A DNA stretch of 64,000 nt from Eledone cirrhosa (lineage: Eukaryota), in NCBI GenBank assembly GCA_964016885.1, contig OZ024746.1:71238001-71302000 (forward strand), given 5' to 3'. This document shows positions 40,362 through 54,354 of the stretch, in pieces; position 1 is the first letter of the stretch, and each line of letters starts with the position of its first letter. A model generated the notes under the pieces. It was not told the DNA's origin. It saw only the letters and a list, made by a program, of their open reading frames with translations, and did not search any database. Both the position numbers and the translations under genes were made by a program.

Positions 40362-40375
40362 TCTCATCATCATTA
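39190..40375. repeat. (ACC)n then (ATC)n compound triplet repeats
   Basis: Directly visible. Confidence 0.9.
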
Positions 40376-40470
40376 TCTTGTTCCTCTCCTCTTCCTTCTC
40401 CCCATCTTCCTTTTACTCTTCCTCCATCCTTCCTCTACCTTCTTATAATCACCATATCTCCAGCGTCTCA

Positions 40471-40586
<116 letters not shown>

Positions 40587-40689
40587 GAAGGCTGCCCTCC
40601 TTTGTTATCGAGTATGGTTATTATAATATTATCAATAGTTATCAATTAATGCTATCGTACAATGCCTATGAGTGAATATATTTTTTAAA

Positions 40690-41181
40690 GTGAGGAAAGA
40701 CTGTGCACTGAGCCAATCCCACTCTCTGAGCAACAGTAGCTATAACCCGAAAAGAAGAAAAGATCAACATCATCGGTAACTACAGAGCCGCAGGTTTTAT
40801 GTCGGAGTTATCACAGTTTCTTGAGTTGCCTTCTCCTAGAAGAATGCCGTGACAAAGGCTAGGGGTCCTTCACTCCCAGTGGTTTAACTGCGCGATCGGG
40901 TGTCCAGCCCGATTATTTCTATGACACCGTGCATATATACACATATGTATAAATGTATATACATATACACATGTATATACATATTTACACATTTTTGGAT
41001 GGCCGTTGACTCATGAGTTCTTTCGCCCTTTGTCAGGTTTTGTTTTTTGTCCTGCAGGGTGTCCAAAATCACCCTCCTCACCAAATAAACTTGGTGGGGT
41101 TGCCGGTTTAGTCGCCGACGACCCGACCACGCGACAGGTTGTACTGGGTTACATGTTACCAGTAGCACACAAGAGTGACCC
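40690..41181 (-). mobile_element. RTE-like 5'UTR copy (family of 33011), interrupted by a microsatellite insert
   Basis: Reverse-complement homology to 33011-33380. Confidence 0.7.
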
Positions 41182-41281
<100 letters not shown>

Positions 41282-41678
41282 CACATATATAATATATATT
41301 CAAAATAGGGGCGCTCAGGACAAAACAACGGAAAGACAGACACCCCCATCTCCTCAGTTAACCTCTGAAAATCACTACGATTTCGACAATTAAGATTGAT
41401 ACCATTCAATCCAATGCACATCTGAACATAACAAAACAGGTAGAGACAAGTTATGTCTTTAAGCAAATTACACATATATAGAAGATAAAGCACCCTAAGT
41501 GCTGTCAACTGACAAAGAAGGGAGAGAACAGTGCGCAGGGATTAGCCAAAAGTGGAAAAAAAAATTAGAAAAGAGAGAAATAGTAAAACAGAAAAGAATA
41601 ATATGGATTTTAGTTTAACATGAGGACAAAGAAGGTTACTGAGGCATAGAGAAGGTAAGAAGGGAGAATAGAGGAATA

Positions 41679-41721
<43 letters not shown>

Positions 41722-41725
<4 letters not shown>

Positions 41726-42052
41726 AATTAGTATATCTAGTAACATATATATACACAGATGCATACTTATGCTAGCAAATATATAGGTTTTGTCTTAGTA
41801 ACTTTGTGGTTCAATGCATGGGGTTGCAGAACAATAATATGAGAGACGTAAAATAAGAAAATTATAAAATTAACTTACTTACTAAAATTTCACTCCCAAC
41901 TAATTAGTTTCTGAAAGGGAATAAACATACTTTCCGAAGAAGTGTACGGAGAAGCCTTTCGTCATCAGGGAAGTCTATTCTCAGCTAAGTTTCCAGGCAA
42001 TACGTGGACAATCTTAGTAAGTAAGTTAATTTTATAATTTTCTTATTTTACG

Positions 42053-42064
<12 letters not shown>
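41722..42064 (-). mobile_element. PLE remnant, family K, with ~50-bp inverted arms and HHR (41892-41974)
   Basis: acttcc-CTGATGA-long stem II-GAA-actaattagt-T-gggagt; arms 41837-41885 / 42014-42062; (TA)n flanks. Confidence 0.75.
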
Positions 42065-42126
<62 letters not shown>

Positions 42127-42279
42127 CGGTGATAAAAGTTTATAGTATTTAATTTGATGTGTCAAAATTCATATTGACTTTAACATAAGGTGCAACCCAC
42201 GTGAGTAACCAAACCGTGCAATTAGTCTACTATACCTTATATGTTGTTTACTATAGAACTTTATACATTGTTTTCTTAT

Positions 42280-42461
42280 AATTGTTTCTACTTTTTTGGC
42301 ACAAGGCCAGTAATTATCCCAGTGTATTACTGGTACTTTATTTTATAGACCCCGTAAGGATGAAAGGCAAACTTAACCTCGGCGGGATTTGAACTCAGTA
42401 CGTAAAAGGACGTAACTGTGTATGGCGTCCGACCCTCTACCGATACTGCCAATCCACCGCC
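42280..42461 (-). mobile_element. SINE (main family)
   Basis: Homologous to the other copies. Confidence 0.85.
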
Positions 42462-42730
42462 CTTTTCTTATAATGCTTATGAATTATAAACGTCCTTCCT
42501 TGTGTAGTTTCCACTTGCTTGCACAGAAGGTACAGGATGTTCAAAGTTTTCTTACCATTCGTCAGATAAACAACACCCAGGGAAAACTCCAGAGTAAACA
42601 AGTCATCAAATTAGCCTTAATAAATGATTATTCCCTATTATGGTATTAACTACATATTCTCCCATTCATCAAAATCAACGGATATATTACACACATACAC
42701 ACATATATATAATTTATATATATATATATA

Positions 42731-42779
<49 letters not shown>

Positions 42780-42812
42780 ATGTTTGTGTAATATATCCGT
42801 TGATTATATATA

Positions 42813-42865
<53 letters not shown>

Positions 42866-42875
42866 GTGTGTGTGT

Positions 42876-42914
<39 letters not shown>

Positions 42915-43302
42915 TGTGTGTAACGCGCACACACACATATATACGCACATCAATAACAACAAAGAAAATCAGATCTGCTTGTTAATCGATACAAACCAGT
43001 CAGTGTGTGTTAATAGTAAAATCACACCTCGGTTTCAAATTTCACCATTGCCTTATAAAAGAGACAGGGTGAAATTCGAAACCAGTCCTCGCCATTGTCA
43101 GTTTGATCGCTTAGTCTGATTGCAGCCAACCAAAGTCTCTCTCCCTATAATCAACTCCAATCAAGGAACCAGAACCCAACTCAATCCAAGCCAAATCACC
43201 TGAACCCGAACAAAATCAAGCTCCAACTATATATATATATATGATCGCATCATTCGGCTATGTAATATATAAATTTCATCTAACCAATAATATATTCGAC
43301 AC

Positions 43303-43383
<81 letters not shown>

Positions 43384-43452
43384 AACACACACACACACAC
43401 ACAAACAAACACACACAAACACACACACACACAAGCGCACACACACACACAT

Positions 43453-43563
<111 letters not shown>

Positions 43564-43680
43564 TCCCTCGCAACCTTCCCCTCTATCTCTCATAATGTTG
43601 TTTTTATATTTTTATTTCTATTTCTGTTTATGTTATTTTATTTGCTGTATTGATTTATTTCGGTGTTGTTTCGCCTAAAG

Positions 43681-43795
43681 TCGCTGCGCCGCCGCCAACA
43701 CAACCGCCCTCCCCTACTCCGGACCTTACAACCGCACCAACCGCCCTCCCCTACCTCGGACCTTACAACCGCACCAACTGCCCTCCCATACTCCT
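43681..43795. repeat. ~37-bp tandem repeat, ~2.5 copies
   Basis: Unit caaccgccctcccctactccggaccttacaaccgcac. Confidence 0.8.
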
Positions 43796-43914
43796 CACCC
43801 TACCCAACAGTTCTGCATGATATCGCCCCCTCCATGTGTCGTGTCAGGTGACCTGCCTACCCTCGCGCCACACCCCAGCATCCCTGACCCAATATACTCT
43901 ACCTAACATCTACT

Positions 43915-43959
43915 GATGACCATAACAACGACGGTGATGACGATGATGATGATGATGAC

Positions 43960-44005
<46 letters not shown>

Positions 44006-45230
44006 GCCATGATAGCAACGACGAGAATGATGATGGCGGTGGTGATGGTGACGGTGGTGATGGTGACGGTGGTGATGGTGACGGTGGTGACGGTGACGGT
44101 GGTGATGGTGACGGTGGTGACGGTGACGGTGGTGATGGTGACGGTGGTGACGGTGACGGTGGTGATGGTGACGGTGGTGACGGTGACGGTGGTGATGGTG
44201 ACGGTGGTGATGGTGACAGTGGTGATGGTGGCGGTGGTGGTTATAACGGTGGTGACGGTGACGGTGGTGACGGTGACGGTGGTGACGGCGACGGTGGTGA
44301 CGGTGACGGTGGTGACGGTGACGGTGGTGACGGTGGTGATGGTGACGGTGGTGGTTATAACGGTGGTGACGGTGACAGTGGTGACGGTGACGGTGGTGAC
44401 GGTGACGGCGGTGACGGTGACGGTGGTGACGGTGACGGTGGTGACGGTGACGGTGGTGACGGTGACGGTGGTGACGGTGGTGATGGTGACGGTGGTGGTT
44501 ATAACGGTGGTGACGGTGACAGTGGTGACGGTGACGGTGGTGACGGTGACGGCGGTGACGGTGACGGTGGTGACGGTGACGGTGGTGACGGTGACGGTGG
44601 TGACGGTGACGGTGGTGACGGTGACGGCGGTGACGGTGACGGTGGTGACGGTGACGGTGGTGACGGTGACGGTGGTGACGGTGACGGTGGTGACGGTGAC
44701 GGTGGTGATGGTGACGGTGGTGACGGCGACGGTGGTGATGGTGACGGTGGTGACGGCGACGGTGGTGATGGTGACGGTGGTGACGGTGATGGTGGTGATG
44801 GTGACGGTGGCGGTGGTGACGGTGGTGATGGTGACGGTGGTGACGGTGACGGTGGTGATGGTGACGGTGGTGATGGTGACGGTGGTGATGGTGACGGTGG
44901 TGACGGCGACGGTGGTGATGGTGACGGTGGTGACGGTGATGGTGGTGATGGTGACGGTGGTGACGGTGGCGGTGGTGACGGTGGTGATGGTGACGGTGGT
45001 GACGGTGACGGTGGTGATGGTGACGGTGGTGATGGTGACGGTGGTGATGGTGACGGTGGTGACGGCGACGGTGGTGATGGTGACGGTGGTGACGGTGATG
45101 GTGGTGATGGTGACGGTGGTGATGGTGACGGTGGTGATGGTGGTGGTGGTGGTTATAACGGTGGTGATGTTGACGGCGGGGATGGTGACGGTGGTGGTTG
45201 TGACGGCGGGGATGGTGACGGTATAAGTGA
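43915..45230. repeat. 15-bp minisatellite (ggtggtgacggtgac) derived from triplets
   Basis: Directly visible. Confidence 0.9.
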
Positions 45231-45404
45231 TAACGATGATAATGTTGTTGGGGATGGAGGGGAAGTTGTAATGAAGAAGATGATGATGATCACGAAGACG
45301 ACGGCGATGATGATGATGTTGGTCGTGATTATTAGTATGATGATATTAATTACGACAATGGTGACATGGCAATGATGATGATGATGGTAATCATCTTCAT
45401 CAAC

Positions 45405-47350
45405 ATCACCACCACCACCACCACCAAAAACACCGTTACACCACCTCCACCACCACCACCAAATACACCGTTACACCACCTCCACCACCACCACCAAATA
45501 CACCGTTACACCACCTCCACCACCACCACCAAATACACCGTTACACCACCTCCACCACCACCACCAAATACACCGTTACACCACCTCCACCACCACCACC
45601 AAATACACCGTTACACCACCACCACCACCATCACCAAAAACACCGTTACACCACCACCACCACCACCACCATCACCAAAAACACCATACCCCCCTCCAAA
45701 AAAAACCCACCGCTACACCCCCCCCCCAAGCACCGTTACACCCCCACCCCACCACCACCCAAAACACCGTTACCCCCCACCATTACCCCCTCCCCCAAGC
45801 ACCTTTACACCACCACCACCACCACTACCACCACCACCACTAAAAACACCTTTACACCAACACCACTAAAAACACCTTTACACCACCACCACCACCACCA
45901 CTAAAAACACCGTTACCACCACCACCACCACCACCAGCACCACCATCCAAAACACCGTTACACCACCACCACCAAAAACACCGTTACCACCACCATCACC
46001 ACCACCAAAAGCACCGTTACCACCACCACCACCACCACCAAAAACACCGGTACACCACCACTACCACCACAAAAAGCACCGTTACACCACCACCATCACC
46101 ACCACCACCAAAAACACCGTTACCACCACCACCATCACCACCACCAAAAACACCGTTACCACCACCACCACCACCAAAAACACCGGTACACCACCACTAC
46201 CACCACAAAAAGCACCGTTACACCACCACCATCACCACCACCACCAAAAACACCGTTACCACCACCACCATCACCACCACCAAAAACACCGTTACCACCA
46301 CCACCACCAAAAACACCGGTACACCACCACTACCACCACAAAAAGCACCGTTACACCACCACCATCACCACCACCACCAAAAACACCGTTACCACCACCA
46401 CCATCACCACCACCAAAAACACCGTTACCACCACCACCACCAAAAACACCGTTACACCACCACCACCACCAAAAACACCGTTACCACCACCACCACCACC
46501 ACCACCACCATCACCACCACCAAAAACACCGTTACCACCACCACCACCACCAAAAACACCGGTACACTACCACTACCACCACAAAAAGCACCGTTACACC
46601 ACCACCATCACCACCACCACCAAAAACACCGTTACCACCACCACCATCACCACCACCAAAAACACCGTTACCACCACCACCACCACCAGCACCACCACCA
46701 AAAACACCGTTACCACCACCACCATCACCACCACCAAAAACACCGTTACCACCACCACCACCACCATCACCACCACCAAAAACACCGTTACCACCACCAC
46801 CACCATCACCACCACCACCAAAAACACCGTTACACCACCACCACCACCACCACCAAAAACACCGGTACACCACCACTACCACCACAAAAAGCACCGTTAC
46901 ACCACCACCACCACCACCACCACCACCAAAAACACCGTTACCACCACCACCATCACCACCACCAAAAACACCGTTACCACCACCACCACCACCAGCACCA
47001 CCACCAAAAACACACGTACACCACCACTACCACCACAAAAAGCACCGTTACACCACCACCAAAACACCGTTACCACCACCACCACCACCACCACCACCAA
47101 AAACACCGTTACCACCACCACCACCATCACCACCACCAAAAACACCGTTACCACCACCACCACCACCACCACCAAAAACACCGTTACCACCACCACCACC
47201 ACCACCACCAAAAACACCGTTACCACCACCACCACCACCACCACCAAAAACACCGTTACCACCACCACCACCACCACCACCAAAAACACCGTTACCACCA
47301 CCACCACCACCACCACCACCAAAAACACCGTTACCACCACCACCATCACC
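45405..47350. repeat. Minisatellite: (ACC)n + aaaaacaccgtt units
   Basis: Directly visible. Confidence 0.9.
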
Positions 47351-47453
47351 ACGACCCCCCCCCATCACCATCATAATCAGTAAAAGCAACAACAAGAATA
47401 CGCGGAAAATAATTACATTGGACCTTTAACATTTTGTAGGACATGGCCACCAT

Positions 47454-47498
<45 letters not shown>

Positions 47499-47565
47499 CG
47501 TACGTATATATATATTTATATATACGTACGTATATATATATATATATATATTTATATATACGTAC

Positions 47566-47598
<33 letters not shown>

Positions 47599-47603
47599 CA
47601 CAT

Positions 47604-47673
<70 letters not shown>

Positions 47674-47677
47674 GTAC

Positions 47678-47716
<39 letters not shown>

Positions 47717-47729
47717 CATGTATATATAT

Positions 47730-47763
<34 letters not shown>

Positions 47764-47776
47764 CATGTATATATAT

Positions 47777-47841
<65 letters not shown>

Positions 47842-47847
47842 ATATAT

Positions 47848-47892
<45 letters not shown>

Positions 47893-48171
47893 GCACAAAC
47901 ACGTATCGTCTTTTTGAATGAGTATTTAATCGGTGTCTGTTTGATGGTCTGCAAGGTCAGTATATATATTTTGACAGCTTCAACTAAAGTTGGGGTAATG
48001 GGGTGAGTTGGTGTAATGAGAAGGGTGGTGGCCATCATTGTCAGGGTGTCTGAAGTGACTCTGGTGAAAGGGCGAAGATCTGCATACGTATACACATATA
48101 CATGTGCGTGTATATATATACATATACACGCGTGAACACACACACACACACACACGCGCACACGCATATAT

Positions 48172-48224
<53 letters not shown>

Positions 48225-48343
48225 AGAAAGAGAGAATTAAAATGCGAGTGCGGGGGGAGGGGGAGCATTTATATATTTATGTATATATGTGTGTGTGTGT
48301 GTATGTATATATTTATGTGTATATATGTATGTATTTATGTATG

Positions 48344-48395
<52 letters not shown>

Positions 48396-48410
48396 CACAC
48401 ATAAATATAT

Positions 48411-48487
<77 letters not shown>

Positions 48488-48516
48488 TACACACATATAT
48501 ATATATATACACATAA

Positions 48517-48556
<40 letters not shown>

Positions 48557-48867
48557 AGTCTTGAGCACGGGGATAAATGGGAGTGTTGTTTTGTCGAATA
48601 GTTTAAACACTGTCCCCCAAGATGACAATATAAATATATCTCACAGACTAACCCTTCAGAGCTGCCAAAACCTTGTAAAGTTCAGTGACCCCTGATTGTC
48701 ACAACGTAAATATACAGCTGTAATTATGTCCACCAGAGACAGAGACTTTTGATCTTGCCGAATTTGAGAACCCGATCCTGTTTCGAGTCTCACTTCACAC
48801 AACTTTTACAAGTAAAATCACGCTCACAGGCATAGAGGCCTCACGCTCACTGCCTATCTTCCCCTCA

Positions 48868-48919
<52 letters not shown>

Positions 48920-49024
48920 TAAAATAACAGATTAAAGTTTAAGCAAAGAATCGCTGCTTTCACCCTTAACGGAATCTTCTGAAATATATATATATATATA
49001 TATATACATATGTGTATATCTATG

Positions 49025-49073
<49 letters not shown>

Positions 49074-49164
49074 GAATACTGGAAGGTAATATCCGTAGTG
49101 GTAGAGCACTCAGTCCAAGGGACGAGTTAGGTAGAAGTGGTTACACAACAGTTAGTTCACCATA

Positions 49165-49204
49165 CCGAGAACAATTGTTTCACCTTCGCGGATCTTCAGC
49201 TCGG
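49165..49204 (-). ncRNA. Minimal type-I hammerhead ribozyme
   Basis: ccgag-CTGAAGA-tcc-gcgaa-ggt-GAA-acaattgt-T-ctcgg. Confidence 0.8.
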
Positions 49205-50249
49205 GATGTGTATGGTTATAGGAACAGGAAGGACAACCGTACGAACGCGCATGCGCAGAAACTCGGTCACTTCACACAGACAATACTAGACTGCGTGCGG
49301 GGAGTGTAAGGGAGATAACTGCGAAAGTCCGGAAATTTTTTGGTTGTAAATAAAATAAAAAAATTAAAAATAAAATTACAAAGTATCAGTCCGGAGCCTT
49401 GTAGTTATGCAATAGATGTTTGGTGACGTGTGGACAACGTGTGAAAAATTCACTTCGCGTGTTTAGGCAATCACTATTGCGTAATCTCTTTAGGATAATT
49501 ATTCGTTCGTCAATACATAAACCACACGTCGGATTTCCCCTTGCGTATGGCTTGGACTTAGTGATGGCTTTCCATTGAATGGAGTACCTTATACTTGAAT
49601 CCATAGGTGGCTCGCGAGTTTCGTGAATGAACGTCTGTCCGGGTATCTGAAGGTAGACTGGTGGTTCAGGAAACGCTCCTTGAATCGGCCCTCCGCCATG
49701 CCCACATAGGATTTGACCTCCTGTTGTTCGTTTGGTCGGTTGGAAGTGACCACAGCTTCATAGATTACAGCTGGTGTGTTGCATTGTTGTTGAAGGGGGA
49801 AAGCTTCGGGCTTACGACAAGAGCACCCTGGTGGGGTGTTACTCCTAGGGCTGCTGGTGATGTGGGCCTTCATGTTCTTAGCTCAGGAGTATCCTAGTTT
49901 AACTTTGTGTCGGTTAAAGATGGAGCGGTATTTATGACCTATGGGGAAATGTCTATCTAAGAGAGCTAGACATTTTTTTCCTACATTGGTTTTAACGTTG
50001 AGTGAGAAGGGAGGAGAGAACCAGATAGTTTGTCTATTGATGCGCTTACTTTTCTTAATGGTGTTGTTGCAAGTGGGAGAGTAGGTGATAGGTTGTGAGA
50101 AGCCGCTGTTAGCCAACGCCGTGTTATAGTAGGGTGCCGCCCTGTCAAAGATAGCCTTATTAGAGGTGAGGTTTGAGATTCTAGTACTGATATTCCTAAC
50201 GAAGTTTCTAAAAGCAGTGGGAGGGTGGCATGAGTCCTTGTGAATGTAA

Positions 50250-50437
50250 TTATTGTTTCTACTTTAGGCACAAGGCCAGCAATTACCCAGTACATTACTG
50301 GTACTTTATTTTATCGACCCCGTAAGGATGAAAGGCAAAGTCAACCTCGGCGGGATTTGAACTCAGATCGTAAAGGGGCGTAACTATACTGGAAAGCATG
50401 GCGTCCGACCCTCTACCGATACTGTCAATCCACCGCC
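50250..50437 (-). mobile_element. SINE (main family), full length, inside the PLE RT
   Basis: Homologous to the other copies. Confidence 0.9.
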
Positions 50438-50449
50438 TTTTAAAATTTC

Positions 50450-50561
50450 TGTCAGAAGTGGGATTCGAACCCACGCCCACATTCGTGGACCAGAATACTC
50501 TATGCTCTGGTTAAGGTATACACCTTGAGTCTGGCGCCTTAGACCGCTCGGCCATCCTGTT
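50450..50561 (-). tRNA. tRNA-Leu(CAA) with 28-nt intron; probably a retrocopy or pseudogene (first 2 nt not GT)
   Basis: CAGGATGGCCGAGCGGTCTAAGGCGCCAGACTCAAG-[intron 50496-50523]-TTCTGGTCCACGAATGTGGGCGTGGGTTCGAATCCCACTTCTGACA, matching metazoan intron-containing Leu-CAA. Confidence 0.85.
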
Positions 50562-50999
50562 TCTCGTTTAGCTTATGGAAGGGTCTGTGGGTGTGTGTGC
50601 GAAGGTCTAAATTAATGTCTAAGAAACTACGCTAGAGAGGTTGGTGGCTACTGTTATCCTAAGACCTAACTCATTGAAGGTAGAAGCTAAGTCTTTTTTA
50701 AACCGGTCGAGGTCGTGACCACTTTTATGGCTCGATAAAGTCAGTCCATCGTCACGGTATATTCCCGTGTGGAAGTCCGGGAATCTAACACATAATATGT
50801 CTAAGATAACTTTCGCAGTTATCTCCCTTACACCCCCCGCACGCAGTCTAGTATTGCCTGTGTGAAGTGACCGAGTTTCTGCGCATGCGCGTTCGTACGG
50901 TTGTCCTTGCTGTTCCTATAACCATACACATCCCGAGCTGAAGTTCCGCGAAGGTGAAACAATTGTTCTCGGTATGGTGAACTAATGTTGTGTAACCAC

Positions 51000-51046
<47 letters not shown>

Positions 51047-51053
<7 letters not shown>

Positions 51054-52450
51054 ATACTTGGGGAGGGTCATATTTGTGTAATATTGCCAGAATTAATAAC
51101 AGAACACACTCACTGTTTGGTTGATTTTTGCTTTTCGCTTCTGTGTCTTTTATATCGGTTAATTTAATTTATTCGGTCCTCAATGTTGCCATTGACTGAG
51201 CAACGGTCAAAAATACAGATACAATATAGACACAAACACATATATATAGTCTATCAAAGTTCTTTCGTTGCACATCTGTAACTTCGTCAGTGGTGCTATT
51301 GTTTCCTCCCGTTGCATTGTATTTTCTACGCCATCTTTATTTAGTCTGTTTATATATTTATTTATTTGTTTATTTTTTGTCTTCTTTGCGCATGCGTTTG
51401 CGTGTGTATATAGTGTTTTGTTTGATGTGTGTTCGTGATTGGGTGACTGTGTATTGGTTAATGTATTCTATCTTTACTAGTGTGTGTTTATATGTGTTTG
51501 TTGTTATTGTGTTTGTGTATGTATTTATTTATTTATCTATTTATTTATTTATTTATTTATACTTCTCTTAGGTCAGTGTTGTTTGTTTGGGTGTTGTTGT
51601 TATTCCATTCATTTTTCTGATTAGCCTTGGCCTTCTAAGTTCTATTTCACTGGCCTCTCTTATTTGCCTATCTGCTGGGTCATTTCTATGTTTAGATATT
51701 ATTCTAATTTCTATGTTGTCTATGTTACCGTCGTACGAACATGCCAGACAACAACACAACAACACGACGGTAACATAGACAACATAGAAATTAGAATAAT
51801 ATCTAAACATACAAATGATTCAGCAGATAGGCAAATAAGAGATGCCAGTGAAATAGAACTTAAAAGGCCAAGGCTAAACAGAAAAAAATGAATGGAATAA
51901 CAACAACACCCAAACAAACAACACTGACCTAAGAGAAGTATAAATAAATAAATAAATAGATAAATAAATAAATACATACACAAGCACAATAACAACAAAC
52001 ATATATAAACACACACTAGTAAAGATAGAACACATTAACCAATACACAGTCACCCAATCACGAACACTCATCAAACAAAACACTATACACACACGCAAAC
52101 GCATGAGCAAAGAAGACAAAAAAATAAACAAATAAATAAATATATAAACAGACTAAATAAAGATGGCGTAGAAAATACAATGCAACGGGAGGAAACAATA
52201 GCACCACTGACGAAGTTACAGATGTGCAACGAAAGAACTTTGATAGACTATATATATGTGTTTGTGTCTATATTGTATCTGTATTTTTGACCGTTGGTCA
52301 GTCAATGGCAACACTGAGGACCGAATAAATTAAATTAACCGATATAAAAGACACAGAAGCGAAAAGCGAAAACCAACCAAACAGTGAGTGTGTTCTGTTA
52401 TTAATTCTGGCAATATTACACAAATATGACCCTCCCCAAATATAACAATA
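51047..52450. mobile_element. PLE 3' end as a 1.4-kb inverted repeat
   Basis: ~688-bp arms (51047-51734 / 51763-52450). They encode a GIY-YIG C-terminus (NIEIRII...RQIREASEI...PRL) and carry a CTGACGA..GAAA motif (52207-52234). Confidence 0.85.
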
Positions 52451-52654
52451 TTTGTTTCGACACACGATTTCATATCAAAAACCTCGCAAAACTATATATA
52501 TATATATATATATATTAAAGAGTTAAACAAGATTCAATGAGTACATCAAAGAATGAGTTTTACAGTAGATTGGATGCACTCTACAGTAGATATTTTCCAG
52601 AGTTAATATTAATAAAAAAATAAAAACAAAATAGATATTCTTGTGATCAATTAA

Positions 52655-52719
52655 ATTTTATTATACATATTTCAGAGGCACTGAATCAAGTTCAACAGTA
52701 CGTCCTCATCAGATAAAAT
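52655..52719 (-). ncRNA. Type-I hammerhead ribozyme in the 3' pseudo-LTR
   Basis: attttat-CTGATGA-gg...cc-tct-GAA-atatgtat-A-ataaaat. Confidence 0.7.
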
Positions 52720-54354
52720 AAAATGATACATGACATACCCTGACATGTTCGATGGTTAAGATTTAATCAAGGTAGTGATTAACTTATGAGAAAACTCAAT
52801 ATTTATACCCTAATATTGAGAACATGAGAAAACGTAATAGAATGAATAGAGAGAGTGTGAGTAAGAAAAACATTGCCTTAATGCAACAGTTATAGAATTT
52901 TAAAAATTTTAAATACTACTACAGCACTATGCTGTAGAGGAAAGTATAGAGGAAGACGTATCTGGAGTTATAATTTATTTAGTATTTAGCTTGAGAAGAC
53001 AAATGACAGATAATTAAAGAGAGGGAGAGACAAAAGGGTGTAATTTATGCTCAAATTTCTTTAGACACACATAAACATATATAGCTTTGGCAGTTAAATT
53101 TCAAAATATTTAATTTATGCTATTTCAGGGTAAAGAATCAACATTTTAGGTTTAAAAGTTGATGGTTATTAATTTTATAGTATAATTATGTTAAATTTCT
53201 AAAATTCAAAGTTCTATGAAGACAAATTTACGAAGCCCGCGAAAGAAAGAAAATATAATATTCAATATTCCCACAAAGGTAATCTTTAACAAAATTACTT
53301 GTAACACTGACAACATTTTCTATAATATAATTTATGAGATATTTACAGTTATAACTATTAAGGAATTTATTGTTAAATAGTTATAGTGCCTAAAGTATTA
53401 GCAGGTCTTATAATTAAGCCTAAAGAAATCAGAGTTTTCAGCTATATATATATATATGTGTGTGTGTGTGTATTGATCATAATATAAGGACTATAATTTA
53501 TTATTTGTTCATATATTATATTAAGTAATTATATTAGTTCTACCCTCTAGGGAAAACCGAACTCTAATTAAGATTATGTTATTATACCATATAAATATAT
53601 TTGTACAAACTATATATAGAGATATACCGAACTATAACTATGATTATGTTATTATACAATATAAACATATTTGTACAAACTATATATAGAGATATACTAA
53701 GTATTAATGAGACGGTATACATTTAATAAAGAATAACGATTATAATCTTTGTTAGTAGTTTCATATATGCGTAACTACAATTATGTTATTACACTAGATA
53801 AAGATATTTGCACAAACTATATATTGATATACTAGATATTAATGAGACGGTATATATCCAATAAAACATAGCGTTTACAAAAACTGTTAGTAGTTCTACC
53901 TCCAGTTCAGTGGAGAGATAAACCAATATTTGCCTGCTAATATTGTTTGTTAAATATACATAAAAAAGCAAAGCGCAAAACCAACTTTCTGAGTCCTCAA
54001 AAACCATCTCAAAATGAGTAATATATAAAATACATACATATATATAAAAATGTAAACGCATGAATGATCCACAGTTCAAATTAAAGTCAGTAAAAGTTAC
54101 AGGTTAGATATCTAAACTATATATTTAAAACAGAGATAGAAAAATAAAGATCTGAATCAAAGTAAAAAAATATCCAAAAAACCATAGGTTATGCATATCC
54201 AACCTGCAAACAAGTTATTAAACAAGTGTCACTCATTCAAACATTAGTTCCATTATAAATGATTAGAAGATAAAGCATTATTAAAGTTTTATAAGCCGTT
54301 ATAATTTATATGTTCAACAGTTGATGATGTACGTCTAAAACCAGGCTTGGTTGC

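Larger units (their letters stand above)
49071..51004 (-). mobile_element. 5'-truncated PLE (Hydra-like C-terminal GIY-YIG) with inverted 5' pseudo-LTR
   Basis: Inverted arms 49132-49328 / 50809-51004. Frameshifted RT (GIYRDDGL ~50740-50765, FLDINLDL, YIHKDSCHPP) and EN (CSCR..PL..C, VIY..YVG, FKERF.NH, CGLC..E, LNTRSE..CPH). (TA)n flanks. Confidence 0.88.

Noticed and set aside
41370-41432. Hammerhead-like arrangement on the minus strand (cagatg...cgaaatcgtagtgatt)
   Set aside because: Core too degenerate and no stem I.
43916-47395. Long VTV/MVV/GGN ORFs as mucin- or antifreeze-like proteins
   Set aside because: Triplet-derived minisatellites open in several frames, with no unique coding flanks.
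47978-48008. Possible micro-exon (ttgacag...gtgagt)
   Set aside because: Splice-like motifs alone are expected by chance; no supporting exons or recognisable peptide.
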